From an uncultured delta proteobacterium (GTDB lineage: Bacteria > Desulfobacterota > Binatia > UBA9968), in NCBI GenBank assembly GCA_963771465.1, contig CAVYTU010000011.1:32001-96000 (forward strand): 64,000 nucleotides of DNA, given 5' to 3'. Numbering within the stretch: the first letter of the stretch is position 1; the number at the start of each line of letters is the position of its first letter. A model generated the notes under the pieces. It saw nothing but the letters and a program-made list of their open reading frames with translations, had not been told where the DNA came from and searched no databases. Position numbers and translations under genes: made by a program. Below are positions 1 to 11,048 of the stretch, in pieces.

Positions 1-1138
1 CTTTTCTCCCGCCGACGAAGATATTCATATGAATATCGAGCGGCGCTTGAGCGAAAAAATCGGCGCCGCCGGCGGCAAGCTGCACACGGCGCGCAGCCGC
101 AACGATCAGGTGGCGCTCGACATGCGGCTTTACCTGCGCGACGAAGTTGCGGTCATCATGGAAAGTTTGTCGCTGTTGCAGCGCGAACTGGCGCGTGCGG
201 CGAAAAAACATCTCGACGTAATCATGCCCGGCTACACCCATTTACAGCGGGCGCAGCCGGTCTTGTTAGCGCACCATCTGCTCGCTTATTACGACATGTT
301 CGGGCGCGACCGCGAGCGCTTTGATGATTCCCTGGAACGGATCAACGTGATGCCTTTGGGCTCCGGCGCGCTTGCCGGCACGACGTTTCCAATCGACCGG
401 GCCTACGTCGCCAAGCTGCTCGGCTTTCCGCGCATATCGAAGAACAGCATCGACGCGGTGAGCGACCGTGATTTTCTCCTGGAATTTTTGGCCGCCTCGG
501 CGATTCTTTTCGTTCATCTCAGCCGCTTGGCCGACGAGTTGGTTTTATGGTCGAGCCAGGAATTCGCTTTTATCGAGTTGCCGGACGGTTACTGCACCGG
601 CAGCTCGATGATGCCGCAGAAAAAAAATCCCGACGTACCTGAATTGATCCGCGGCAAGAGCGGCCGGGTATTCGGCCATCTGCAAGCGCTCTTAACGATT
701 ATGAAAGGGTTGCCGTTGGCGTATAATCGCGATCTGCAGGAGGATAAAGTGCCGCTGTTTGATACCGCCGACACCGTCAAAGCGAGCGTCCGCATCATGG
801 GTGAGATCGTCGCAGGGATTAAGGTCAGGCGCGAGCGTATGCTGGAGGCGGCGCGCGACGGTTTCATGAATGCGACGGACTTAGCCGATTATTTGGTCGA
901 GCGCGGCATGGCTTTTCGCGCCGCTCATGGAGTGGCCGGCCGGGTGGTGCAATTTTGCATCGGCCAAGGTAAACGTATCGAAGATCTGTCGATGGTGGAG
1001 TTCAAGCGCTTTTCGGACAAGATCGACAAGAAAGTCTATAACTATCTTTCAGCGGAAGCGGTGGTTCAGCGCCGGCGCGCCCTCGGCGGCACGGCGCGCG
1101 CGAATGTCGTGCGCCGCTTGAAAGAACTGAGGGTTTAG
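1..1138 (+). CDS. argH: argininosuccinate lyase (5' end outside the window)
   Basis: [25 protein letters not shown] and fumarate-lyase signature [12 protein letters not shown]; frame open from the window edge. Confidence 0.97.
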   Translation, partial: FSPADEDIHMNIERRLSEKIGAAGGKLHTARSRNDQVALDMRLYLRDEVAVIMESLSLLQRELARAAKKHLDVIMPGYTHLQRAQPVLLAHHLLAYYDMFGRDRERFDDSLERINVMPLGSGALAGTTFPIDRAYVAKLLGFPRISKNSIDAVSDRDFLLEFLAASAILFVHLSRLADELVLWSSQEFAFIELPDGYCTGSSMMPQKKNPDVPELIRGKSGRVFGHLQALLTIMKGLPLAYNRDLQEDKVPLFDTADTVKASVRIMGEIVAGIKVRRERMLEAARDGFMNATDLADYLVERGMAFRAAHGVAGRVVQFCIGQGKRIEDLSMVEFKRFSDKIDKKVYNYLSAEAVVQRRRALGGTARANVVRRLKELRV

Positions 1139-1573
1139 ATGAAGCGATATTTACTGTTAGCGTTGGTGATCGCGATATTAACTCCGGCGTGCGGCAAGAA
1201 AGCCGACCCGCGCGCGCCGGAATTTGTCGCGCCCAAACCGATAACGAATTTGAGCGCGCGGCCGGCAGCCGATGGGGTCTCGCTCTCGTGGAACCGGCCG
1301 ACTGAATATATGGACGGCAAGGAGATCAAAGACCTGACGAGCTTCGTGATTTTCCGCAAGGAAATATCGCCGAGCTGTCTCGATTGCCCGGTGCCGTATC
1401 GGCAGTTGACCATCGTGAACGTGGAAGACCGGGAGAAGTTCGTCAAACAGAAACAGTATCGCTTCGACGACGGGGAAGTGCGGGCCAAAACGATTTATCG
1501 CTACCGCGTGTCGGCGCAGTTAGTCGACGGCTCGCTCAGCGCGCCGTCCAACGAGGTAGAAATTTCCCGCTAG
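1139..1573 (+). CDS. lipoprotein with LptM/YifL-like N-terminus and FN3-like domain
   Basis: Lipobox LTPAC followed by GKKADP; FN3-like VSLSW...YRYRV...S.PSNEV; CxxC (CLDC); lies between argH and lysA. Confidence 0.65.
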   Translation: MKRYLLLALVIAILTPACGKKADPRAPEFVAPKPITNLSARPAADGVSLSWNRPTEYMDGKEIKDLTSFVIFRKEISPSCLDCPVPYRQLTIVNVEDREKFVKQKQYRFDDGEVRAKTIYRYRVSAQLVDGSLSAPSNEVEISR

Positions 1574-1597
1574 CCTTGATTATTCACAGTGAAATAG

Positions 1598-1772
1598 CGA
1601 TCGCGGTGTAACCCTTCCGGAACGAAGGCAAAGCAGTTGTGCCTGAAGATGCCAGCGGGGCAAGTTGCTTGTGAGAACAACAGTGAAAAGGTCAAACATC
1701 GTGCCGAGCCCCAAGCACAAAATGAAACATTCGCGCTGGTGCCTTCGTTCCTCCAGGGTCACACCGCGATCG
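1598..1772. repeat. 175-nt element bounded by a 33-bp imperfect inverted repeat (structured RNA or MITE candidate)
   Basis: 1598-1630 matches the reverse complement of 1740-1772 at 29/33 positions. Confidence 0.7.
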
Positions 1773-1833
1773 ACAGAGTGTCGTCAGGTTCCGTCGTAGC
1801 ATGCTATGAATAATCCGGGCTAAGAGGTTAGTC

Positions 1834-3105
1834 ATGAATCACTTCGAATATCGCAACGGAGAAATGTTCGCTGAAGCGGTGCCGCTCAAACGCATCGCCC
1901 GGGAAGTCGGCACGCCGGCCTATGTTTATAGTCTGGCGACGCTCAGGCGTCATTACAACGTCTTCGACCAAGCGTTCGCCCCGGTGCCGCATATCGTCTG
2001 CTTTTCGGTGAAGGCCAATTCCAATCTGGCGCTGCTGCGCAATTTCGCCAAACAGGGGAGCGGTTTCGACATCGTGTCGGGCGGCGAGTTATTCCGCGCG
2101 CTCAAAGCTGGCGGCGATCCCAAGAAGATCGTTTTTTCCGGAGTCGGCAAGAAGAAGCACGAGATCGAGTATGCGCTGAACTCCGGCATCTTGATGTTCA
2201 ACGTCGAGTCCGAGGAAGAATTGACCGCGCTCAACGACATCGCCGCCGGCGTCGGCAAGAAAGCGCCGATTAGTTTGCGCGTCAATCCGGACGTCGATCC
2301 GCAGACCCATCCGTATATTTCCACCGGCATGAAAAAAGCGAAGTTCGGCGTCGATATCAAGAAATCCATCGACACCTATAAGAAAGCGGTGTCGCTGAAA
2401 AACTTGGAAGTGGTCGGTGTCGACTGCCATATCGGTTCGCAACTGACGTCGTTGACGCCGTTCGTCGATGCGCTCGCCAAGGTGCGCGAATATTTAGACC
2501 GTGTGCTCGCCGGCGAGTTGAAAAAAGAAGGCGCACAGATTCGTTATCTCGACCTCGGCGGTGGTCTGGGGATCAACTATAACGACGAAACGCCGCCGCT
2601 GCCGGACGCTTACGCCAAGGCGATCATTCAAGGCATACAAGGGCTCGACGTCACTTTGATTCTCGAGCCGGGCCGAGTCATCGTCGGCAACGCCGGGATT
2701 TTGCTCACCGAAGTGCAGTACATCAAAGAGACCGAGACGAAAAAATTCGTCATCGTCGACGGCGGCATGAACGACCTGATCCGCCCGGCGCTCTACGGTT
2801 CCTATCAAGCGATCCAGCCGGTGCTTGAGACCAAAGCGGAAACCATCAACGCCGACGTGGTCGGGCCGATCTGCGAGAGCGGCGATTTTTTTGCCAAGGA
2901 CCGCGACATCGCCCGACCCAAGCGCGGCGACCTGCTCGCGGTCATGAGCGCCGGCGCGTACGGCTTCACCATGGCGTCGAACTACAACTCGCATCCCAAA
3001 CCGCCGGAAGTGTTGGTCGACGGCGATCAGTATTACATCGTGCGCAAGCGCGAAACGTTGGATGACTTGATCAACGGCGAGGTCATTCCCGCGGCGTTGC
3101 AATAG
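1834..3105 (+). CDS. lysA: diaminopimelate decarboxylase
   Basis: SVKANSN (PLP lysine), HIGSQ, DLGGGLG, EPGR, GPICESGD. Confidence 0.97.
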   Translation: MNHFEYRNGEMFAEAVPLKRIAREVGTPAYVYSLATLRRHYNVFDQAFAPVPHIVCFSVKANSNLALLRNFAKQGSGFDIVSGGELFRALKAGGDPKKIVFSGVGKKKHEIEYALNSGILMFNVESEEELTALNDIAAGVGKKAPISLRVNPDVDPQTHPYISTGMKKAKFGVDIKKSIDTYKKAVSLKNLEVVGVDCHIGSQLTSLTPFVDALAKVREYLDRVLAGELKKEGAQIRYLDLGGGLGINYNDETPPLPDAYAKAIIQGIQGLDVTLILEPGRVIVGNAGILLTEVQYIKETETKKFVIVDGGMNDLIRPALYGSYQAIQPVLETKAETINADVVGPICESGDFFAKDRDIARPKRGDLLAVMSAGAYGFTMASNYNSHPKPPEVLVDGDQYYIVRKRETLDDLINGEVIPAALQ

Positions 3106-3134
3106 TTTCGTTTAAAGGTTCAAACTTCAAGGCC

Positions 3135-3953
3135 ATGGAATTGCAATTTACCAAGATGCATGGCGCGGGGAATGACTTTGTTTTCCTCGATTGCCTGAAG
3201 CACAACATCGACAATTTAGACGCCATTGCGAAGCAACTCTGCGACCGGCGCTTTGGCATCGGCGCCGATCAATTGTTGACCGTTCATCCATCCGAAGTCG
3301 CCGACTACAAGATGGAAATCTACAACGCCGACGGCAGCCAGGTGGAGATGTGCGGCAACGGCATCCGCTGCTTCGCCAAGTATGTTTACGACCACGGCAT
3401 TACCCAGAAAAAAGACTTGACGGTTGAAACCCTCGCCGGCATCATTCGGCCCAAGATCGTCGGCGATCTGGTCGAAGTCGACATGGGCGAGCCGATCCTC
3501 GACGGGCGCAAGATTCCCGTCGACGCCGACGGCGAAATCACCAACCGGCCGCTTACCGTGGACGGCAAAACCTACGAAGTGACGTGCGTGTCGATGGGCA
3601 ACCCCCATTGCGTCGTCTATTTAGACGATATCGATTCCTTGGACTTGGCAAAGCTCGGACCGCAGTTCGAACACCACAAGTTTTTCCCCAAGCGGGTGAA
3701 CACCGAGTTCATCAAGATCATCAGTCCGTCGGAAGTGACCATGCGCGTCTGGGAGCGCGGCGCCGGCGAAACCTGGGCCTGCGGCACCGGCGCCAGCGCG
3801 GTGGCTGTCGCCGGCGTGTTGACCGGGCGCACGGCGCGCAAGCTGACGACTCACTTAAAGGGCGGCGATCTTTTGATTGAATGGCGCGACAACAACCGCG
3901 TTTACATGACCGGCGGCGCGGCGGAAGTTTTCCACGGCACCGTGCATGTATAG
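3135..3953 (+). CDS. dapF: diaminopimelate epimerase
   Basis: [37 protein letters not shown]. Confidence 0.97.
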   Translation: MELQFTKMHGAGNDFVFLDCLKHNIDNLDAIAKQLCDRRFGIGADQLLTVHPSEVADYKMEIYNADGSQVEMCGNGIRCFAKYVYDHGITQKKDLTVETLAGIIRPKIVGDLVEVDMGEPILDGRKIPVDADGEITNRPLTVDGKTYEVTCVSMGNPHCVVYLDDIDSLDLAKLGPQFEHHKFFPKRVNTEFIKIISPSEVTMRVWERGAGETWACGTGASAVAVAGVLTGRTARKLTTHLKGGDLLIEWRDNNRVYMTGGAAEVFHGTVHV

Positions 3954-3977
3954 CCGTTCAATGCCGCGGCAACAAAC

Positions 3978-4895
3978 ATGAGAGCCGCCACGCGTCCATC
4001 CTGCTTGCTTGCACTTGCTCTAACCTTCGCTGTCGCACTGTTTGCGTCATCCTGCGCATCCGGGCCGCAGTCGATTACCGTCACGTCGGTCGATCGCGCG
4101 ATTGCAGCGCCTCCTCAAGGAACCAAGGATTACCCGCAGGCGTTGCGGGCGATACTTTCGGTGATGCTCAGGAATTTGCAGCTGCCGCCCGTTGAGATAT
4201 CGGCCATTCTTTATTCTTCGCAAAATTCGTATGTAGAAAGCGTAGTCGCCGACGCCGAACGGGATCTCCAGCAGCTGCGCAAAGTGTTGGGACCGTTGGC
4301 AAAGAATCTGCGCGACGATGAATATCTTGCCCGAGCGCGGGAAACCGCTGTGGGCAGCGACGCGGTTGGCAAGCATAAGCGCTTGCTGCTCAATGAATCG
4401 CGCCTAGAAAAGTATCCTTGGCCGGAGTGGATGAAAGTGCTGGCCCATGAGCTCGCCCATACGGTGGAGTTTGCGCTCGTTGATGGCGGCCCGGCGCTTT
4501 GGGATCACTGGTTGTCCGAAGGGTTTGCCGAATGGGTCGGCGACAAAGTCCTTGACCTAATCGGCACCGAGAGCTTCGCCAAGAGTCAGGAGCAACGCTT
4601 GGGGCTGATGCGCACGGCAAAAAGTATTCAAACCTTTCCGTCCCTCGGTCAATTGGCTACGGGCACTGATTTTCACACCTGGGCGGGCACACTCGGCCAG
4701 GCGACTCACGGGCAGGCATTGATCGCCGTCGACTATTTAATCGAACAAAAGGGCCTCGCAGCGGTGCTCGAATATTTCCGCCTTTTTAGAAAATCGACCA
4801 ATCGCGAGCAAAACTTCATGGCAGCCTTCGGCGAAACGCCAGCGGCGTTCGACGCGAAGTTCAGCCGGCGCATGGCTGTATTGCTCGGCCGATGA
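3978..4895 (+). CDS. putative lipoprotein zinc metallopeptidase (gluzincin/peptidase MA-like)
   Basis: Lipobox-like ASSC; HELAH followed by WLSEGFAEW third-ligand motif. Confidence 0.7.
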   Translation: MRAATRPSCLLALALTFAVALFASSCASGPQSITVTSVDRAIAAPPQGTKDYPQALRAILSVMLRNLQLPPVEISAILYSSQNSYVESVVADAERDLQQLRKVLGPLAKNLRDDEYLARARETAVGSDAVGKHKRLLLNESRLEKYPWPEWMKVLAHELAHTVEFALVDGGPALWDHWLSEGFAEWVGDKVLDLIGTESFAKSQEQRLGLMRTAKSIQTFPSLGQLATGTDFHTWAGTLGQATHGQALIAVDYLIEQKGLAAVLEYFRLFRKSTNREQNFMAAFGETPAAFDAKFSRRMAVLLGR

Positions 4896-4919
4896 ATTCT
4901 TGCGATAAAGGAGCCAGTT

Positions 4920-5793
4920 ATGTTTACCGGTTCAATGGTCGCGTTGGTGACGCCGTTTAAGAACGGCCAAGTGGATTGGCAGAGCCTCGAAGCGCTGGTC
5001 GAGTTTCACATTCAAAACGGCACTCACGGAATTGTCCCGTGCGGGACCACCGGCGAGTCCGCCACCCTCAGTCATCAAGAACACGACGATGTCATCCGCG
5101 CGGTGATCAAGGCGGTTCAACAAACGGATTCCGGTGATCGCCGGCACCGGTTCGAACTCTACCGATGAAGCGGTGCGGCTTACGCGCGAAGCGGAGAAGT
5201 CCGGCGCCGACGGCGCGCTGATGATCTCGCCTTATTACAATCGGCCGACCCAGGAAGGCATCTATCTACACTACAAAAAAGTCGCGTCCGAAGTCGGCAT
5301 TCCGATCATCATCTACAACATCCCCGGCCGCACCGGATCGAAGATCGAGCCGGAAACCCTGGCGCGGCTGGCTGAGATCAGCAACGTCGCTGGCGTCAAA
5401 GAAGCCACCGGCTCGGTCGATCAAGCCATCGACGTCATTCGTCTATGCGGTGACCGCCTGGCGGTGTACTCCGGAGAAGATTCTCTGATCTATTCGCTTA
5501 TGGCTTTGGGCGGCAAAGGCGTGATTTCGACGGTCGCCAACGTTGCGCCCAATGATACCGCGCAACTGACCGAAGCTTGCTTGAAAGGAAACTGGGAGCA
5601 GGGGAGGACCATTCAATTCAAGCTCATCCCGCTGATCCGCAGTCTATTCACTGAAACCAATCCGATCCCGGTCAAAACCGCGCTCTCGCTGATGGGCAAA
5701 TGCAGCGGCGAGCTGCGCTTGCCGATGACGCCGTTGGCCGAAGGCAATTTGAAAAAGCTCAGCCAAGCGATGCGCGAGTTTGGTCTTATCTAA
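4920..5793 (+). CDS. dapA: 4-hydroxy-tetrahydrodipicolinate synthase (1-bp frameshift near 5116, probably sequencing error)
   Basis: ALVTPF and GTTGES in ORF 4920; [17 protein letters not shown] and KEA in ORF 5134. Confidence 0.95.
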
Positions 5794-5799
5794 ATTTAC

Positions 5800-6603
5800 A
5801 TGTCTCTAGGAATCATCGTTTGCGGCGTTGCCGGACGAATGGGCGGCGCGGTCGTTCGCGCAATTCGGCAATCGGCGGACTTAAGATTGACCGCCGCCAT
5901 CGATAGGATTGGCAGCGCACGCTTGGGCAAAGACGCTGGTGAAGTATCCGCGGCCGGCCATCTCGGCGTCACTATCGACGATGAGATCCAATCCTACTTG
6001 AAGCCCAACACGGTGATTATCGACTTCACCCAGGCTGAAGCGTCGTTGAGTTATTTGCGCGCCGCGGCAAAAAAGCAAGTTCCCATGGTGATCGCTACCA
6101 CCGGATTTAGCGGCGCGCAGCAAGCAGAGATCAAACGGCTGGCGCGGCGCACACCGACCTTGCTCTCGGCTAACACCAGTTTGGGCGTTAATGTTCTAAT
6201 CTCGCTTTTGGGCCAAGCGGCGACGATGCTCGGCGACGATTACGACGTGGAGATTATCGAAGCGCACCACCGCTTTAAAAAAGACGCGCCCAGCGGCACC
6301 GCGCTGGCGCTCGGCCGCTCGGTCGCCCAAGCACACAAGCGCGACCTCGACAAGGTCGGCATCAACGGCCGCAAAGGTATCGTCGGCGCACGCAGTCAGA
6401 AAGAGATCGCGCTTCTGTCGGTCCGCGCCGGCGACATCGTCGGCGAGCATACGGTTATCTTCGGCGGCATCGGCGAGCGCCTCGAATTCATCCACCGCGC
6501 CCACAGCCGCGACACCTTCGCCCACGGCGCCATCCGTGCTGCCCAGTGGCTGGCGAGGAAGAAGCCGGGGCTGTATGGGATGCGGGATGTGTTGGGGTTG
6601 TAG
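5800..6603 (+). CDS. dapB: 4-hydroxy-tetrahydrodipicolinate reductase
   Basis: GVAGRMG, EAHHRFKKDAPSGTA, RAGDIVGEHTV. Confidence 0.96.
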   Translation: MSLGIIVCGVAGRMGGAVVRAIRQSADLRLTAAIDRIGSARLGKDAGEVSAAGHLGVTIDDEIQSYLKPNTVIIDFTQAEASLSYLRAAAKKQVPMVIATTGFSGAQQAEIKRLARRTPTLLSANTSLGVNVLISLLGQAATMLGDDYDVEIIEAHHRFKKDAPSGTALALGRSVAQAHKRDLDKVGINGRKGIVGARSQKEIALLSVRAGDIVGEHTVIFGGIGERLEFIHRAHSRDTFAHGAIRAAQWLARKKPGLYGMRDVLGL

Positions 6604-6818
6604 CCGGTTCTAAGTCCGGAAAGTAGTAAATCCTTCTTCTAATCTTTGAACTGTGCTTTGCAACCCGCCGCATACGCTGCTTGTGCCTCACCGCCTATCG
6701 AACAAACTTGCATCTGGCACGATCACTCATGTGCAGCGAGATAGAATTTTGTAGTGGCGGTAAACTGCCCGATCGTTTAATATGCCAATTTATAAGGGAT
6801 TTTTTACTCAGGGTAAGA

Positions 6819-7952
6819 GTGAGCAAATTTTCGCCACGAATTAGCGAGTCGCTCGCCAAAGGCCTCCATCAAGTTGGTCATATCCCAACTGAAGATGCCG
6901 AGGCCGCTCTCCGATTTTGCCAGGCTCTTGCGCGGCAAGTTGGGGAAGGATCTGCGGAAATTCTCGAGTACCAGAACAGCGGGCCCGACAGTTCCCGCTT
7001 TGGCGTAATAACGGAAGGCGCTGCACTGCCGGAGCTATCCGTTATTATTCCGATTTACAACGAAGAAGAGAATCTCCCAGAATTATATTCTCGGCTCGTC
7101 AGAGTTCTTGACGGTGTGCAATCCGATTTCGAGGTTGTCGTTGTTGATGATGGCAGCCGTGACAAGAGCGTGCAGATACTGAAAGACCTTGAAGCGTCGG
7201 ACAAGCGTATAGTTGTAATCGAGCTCGCGCGCAATTTCGGCCATCAAGTGGCGATCACCGCAGGACTCGATTTTGCGCGTGGCAAAGTCATCGCTGTCAT
7301 GGACGCAGACCTTCAGGATCCTCCAGAAGTTTTACCTGATTTTATTGCGAAGTGGCGAGAAGGGTATGAAGTCGTCTATGCGATCCGAGAGAAACGCAAA
7401 GAGTCTTGGTTCAAGCGGACCTGTTACACTCTCTTTTACCGTCTGCTTCGACGAGTCGCGAATGTCGACATACCACTCGATGCGGGTGACTTCTGTGTAA
7501 TGGACCGACGCATTGTCGATCTGTTGAAGACTATGCCCGAACGAAGTCGATTTATTCGCGGTATCCGGAGCTGGGTCGGGCTAAATCAGATCGGTTTGCT
7601 GTTCGAGCGGCACACTCGTCACGCAGGCACGACTAAGTACTCGATGGGAAGATTGATGCTCCTGGCCTTAGACGGTCTAATTTCATTTAGCTACGTGCCG
7701 CTGCGAATTATTACCGTCCTTGGATTGAGCGTATCTTTCCTCTCGATGGTGATGGCGATTTTCTTTTTCGTAAAAAAACTGGTCTACGGACTTAGCCCGC
7801 CGGGGTTTGCGAGTCTTATAACCTCAATTTTTTTTCTTGCCGGGATCCAACTGATTACCTTGGGCGTAATCGGCGAATACGTCGGTCGTATTTTCGAGGA
7901 AGCGAAACGGCGGCCGATGTACGTTTTACGCCGTGCGCCCGGACTTCGATAA
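6819..7952 (+). CDS. GT2 polyprenol-phosphate glycosyltransferase (GtrB/ArnC/DPM1-like); start uncertain
   Basis: SVIIPIYNEE, VDDGSRD, RNFGHQ, MDADLQDPPE and two C-terminal TM helices. Confidence 0.9.
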   Translation: MSKFSPRISESLAKGLHQVGHIPTEDAEAALRFCQALARQVGEGSAEILEYQNSGPDSSRFGVITEGAALPELSVIIPIYNEEENLPELYSRLVRVLDGVQSDFEVVVVDDGSRDKSVQILKDLEASDKRIVVIELARNFGHQVAITAGLDFARGKVIAVMDADLQDPPEVLPDFIAKWREGYEVVYAIREKRKESWFKRTCYTLFYRLLRRVANVDIPLDAGDFCVMDRRIVDLLKTMPERSRFIRGIRSWVGLNQIGLLFERHTRHAGTTKYSMGRLMLLALDGLISFSYVPLRIITVLGLSVSFLSMVMAIFFFVKKLVYGLSPPGFASLITSIFFLAGIQLITLGVIGEYVGRIFEEAKRRPMYVLRRAPGLR

Positions 7953-9145
7953 TGCGGTTGCTAATGCTCAACAACGAGTTTCCGCCCTTGGGGGGAGGAA
8001 CGGGAACCGTGACTCTCGCGATGCTCGAACATTTTGCCCGGGTCCCCGGATTGGAAGTCGACCTGATCACATCAGCCTTAGGAAGACGGCCTGAGGAAGA
8101 GCCGTTTGCAAGTAAAATCAAACTCTACAAAGTGCCGGTTCGTAATAAAAATATCCACCATTCGTCAAATCAGGAACTGAGCGAATATTTTTTTCGCGGT
8201 CTTCGGCTCGCACTAAAGCTGCACCGACAACGATCTTACGACATTTGTTTTGCTTGGAGCGCGGTGCCCGCCGGCGCTATCGCGCTGGCGCTGCGGCGTA
8301 TCGGTGGACTTCGCTACGTCGTGCGTGTATGTGGCCCCGATATTCCCGGATTCGAGCGCCGTTACCAGGCCATCCATTGGCTCATATCACCCTTGATGCG
8401 ACGCATCTGGCGTGGCGCGGAGAGTGTCGTGGCGAAATCGGATCGCGAAATTGAGCTGATTCATGCAGTGGACCCGCACTTAAGTTGTCTGTTGATTCCG
8501 AATGGCGTCGATATCGTTGCGTTCAAACCGAACCAAACGATGCCTGAAGCTGGGCCGCTGCGTATCCTCTGCGTGGGCCGGTTGATCGAGAGAAAAGGGC
8601 AACGCCATTTGATCGACGCTGTAAAGCGGCTTGTTGATGAAACGATCGATGTTCAACTGGACCTTGTTGGAACCGGTGATGCTCGGTCCGAAAACGAAGC
8701 GCACGTTGCGCGGCTCGGATTAAAGGAGCGGGTTCATTTTCGGGGTTACGTGCCGCGTGAAAAGATTGCTGAGTATTACGCCGCTGCCCATGTGTTCGTC
8801 CTGCCATCTTATAACGAAGGTATGAGCGTCGCATTACTCGAAGCGATGGCCTCTGGGCTTCCAGTGGTGGTTACACCCACTGGAGGTACGCGGGAACTGG
8901 TTGAGTCTCAAGTCAACGGATTCATTTTCGATTGGGCCGATGTTGACGGCCTGACCACTCATCTGCGTCGTCTCGCGAAGGACCGCTCGCTCGTCAGAAG
9001 CATGGGGCAGGCATCGCGTCGTCGCGCCAGCGATTTCTCCTGGGACCGAGCGGCACTTCGCTACATTGATTTATTCCAGCAATTGACAGCCGTCGTTCCC
9101 TTCGCCGGCGCTAGTCTCAACGCTGAGGCGAAGCATAAGGCATAG
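7952..9145 (+). CDS. GT4 glycosyltransferase
   Basis: IPNGVD, GRLIERKG, EGMSVALLEAMASG (EX7E). Confidence 0.92.
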   Translation: MRLLMLNNEFPPLGGGTGTVTLAMLEHFARVPGLEVDLITSALGRRPEEEPFASKIKLYKVPVRNKNIHHSSNQELSEYFFRGLRLALKLHRQRSYDICFAWSAVPAGAIALALRRIGGLRYVVRVCGPDIPGFERRYQAIHWLISPLMRRIWRGAESVVAKSDREIELIHAVDPHLSCLLIPNGVDIVAFKPNQTMPEAGPLRILCVGRLIERKGQRHLIDAVKRLVDETIDVQLDLVGTGDARSENEAHVARLGLKERVHFRGYVPREKIAEYYAAAHVFVLPSYNEGMSVALLEAMASGLPVVVTPTGGTRELVESQVNGFIFDWADVDGLTTHLRRLAKDRSLVRSMGQASRRRASDFSWDRAALRYIDLFQQLTAVVPFAGASLNAEAKHKA

Positions 9146-9148
9146 CTA

Positions 9149-11048
9149 ATGTGCGGTATTTGCGGCCAACTTGTTTCGGACCCGGCGCAGGGAGCGGACG
9201 GCGAGCTGCTGCGCCGGCTTAACGCTACCATCCGGCACCGTGGGCCAGACAGCGAAGGTTATTACCTTAAAGGGCCAGTCGGACTTGCCATTTCTCGTCT
9301 CGCCATCATCGACGTATCAGGCGGTCAACAGCCTATCCGCAACGAAGACGGTGCCATCGTCGTAGTTTTTAACGGCGAAATTTACAATTTCCGTGAATTG
9401 CGCACTGAGTTGGAAGGTCTCGGCCACCGCTTTAGAACCCAAAGCGATACCGAAGTGATTGTGCACGGCTACGAGCAGTGGGGCGATGAAACTTTGCATC
9501 GTTTCAACGGTATGTTCGCTATCGCGCTGTGGGACGAGCCGGCAGCGGCGGCTGCTTCTGGCGCGCGATCGTATGGGTAAGAAACCGCTTTACTGGCACT
9601 GGTCAAAAAATGGACTGCTATGGGGCTCCGAGGCGAAGGCCATTCTGGCGGCGCCGTGGGTGGAACGGCGCGTCAACGCGCTCGCCTTGCATCACTACCT
9701 TACCCTTCAATACGTGCCGGATCCGCTGACGATCTTCGAGGGCATGCAACGGATTCCGGCAGCGCATAAACTCGTCGTCGAGCGTGGTGGCGAGCCGCAA
9801 TTGTCGCGCTGGTGGCAACTCGAGTTCGAGCCGAAATGGAAAATCGAAGATGAAGAAGCCGTTGAACACGCGCGCGAACTCTTAGCTGCGGCAGTCAAGC
9901 GACGGCTGATCTCGGAGGTGCCGCTCGGAGCGTTTCTGAGCGGTGGCATTGACTCCTCTATTATCGTTGCGCTCATGGCAGAGCGGAGCAGCAAGCCGGT
10001 GAAGACATTTTCTATCGGCTTCGAAGAAGAACGCTATTCCGAAACTTTTTACGCGCGTCAAATCGCAGACCGCTATCATACCGATCATCATGAGTTCGTT
10101 TTTAGGGCTAAAGACTTGGTCCGGTGCATCGATGAGTCGGTCACCGCCTGCGACGAACCCCTAGCCGATCCGGCGGCGTTGCCGCTTTTAGAACTTTCTA
10201 GACAGGCGCGCCAGTCGGTGACGGTTGCATTGTGCGGCGACGGCGGCGATGAAACCTTGGCCGGCTATCGTCGCTACGCCATCGATGGCCTGCTTCGGCC
10301 CTATGCTGCGTTGCCAGACTGGCTGACGCAAAGCGCCGTCCCGGCGCTGATGCGCCTCGTGCCGGAACCGACGTGGATACCAGAAGACCGTAATCCTATT
10401 ACCGGGCTAAAAAGGCTCGGCCAGTTTTCGGCGACCACGCCCAAAGCTTCATTAGTGCGATGGGGATCGTATTTTTCGCATGAGGAGAAACTTTCGCTAT
10501 ACACCGATTGTTGGCGTGAAAAATTTTCCCGGACCGATACCGCCGATTGGATTGCCGGTGCATTTGACGAAGCCCATGCATCGACACTGCTCGATCGTAC
10601 GCTCTACGCCGATCATGTGACCTACCTGTCTGGCGACTTGCTGCCTAAGACTGACCGAATGACCATGGCCCACTCCTTGGAAGCACGTTCACCCTTTCTC
10701 GACGTGGACTGGATCGAGTGGACAGCGCGCTTGCCGGACCGTCTCAAGATTCGCCGCATGGCGGGAAAGTGGCTGCTCAAGGCGGCGTTTGGTGAAATGC
10801 TCCCGCCGGCCATTTGCGCACGCGGTAAACAAGGCTTCGGCGTGCCGGTGGGACTGTGGGTGAGGAACGAACTTCGTGATTGGGTGAGAGAGCGTCTGCT
10901 CGACGGCGGGTCTCTTACGGATTGGTTCCGGCAAGCCGAGGTGCAGCGTCTGCTGAACGAGCACGATAGCGGCAAATTTAATCACGGGAAAAAGCTCTGG
11001 GCGTTGCTGATCCTTTCAGTTTGGTCGGAGAAATACCTCAGACAATAA
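9149..11048 (+). CDS. asnB: asparagine synthase-like glutamine amidotransferase (frameshift near 9540)
   Basis: N-terminal MCGICG, HRGPD, FNGEIYN; LSGGIDSS, GDGGDE, KQGF. Confidence 0.9.

Noticed and set aside
1598-1830. Canonical lysine riboswitch
   Set aside because: GAAAAGG and GCCGA are present, but the AGAGGNGC start and P4/P5 features were not found.
4920-5793. dapA (also asnB, GT4, S8, flavoprotein, SBPs) as pseudogenes or programmed frameshifts
   Set aside because: Isolated 1-bp indels occur across many otherwise intact genes, including a normally essential one, with no slippery sites. Sequencing or assembly error is more parsimonious.
6714-6735. Sigma54 promoter (CTGGCACG)
   Set aside because: No GC at the -12 position.
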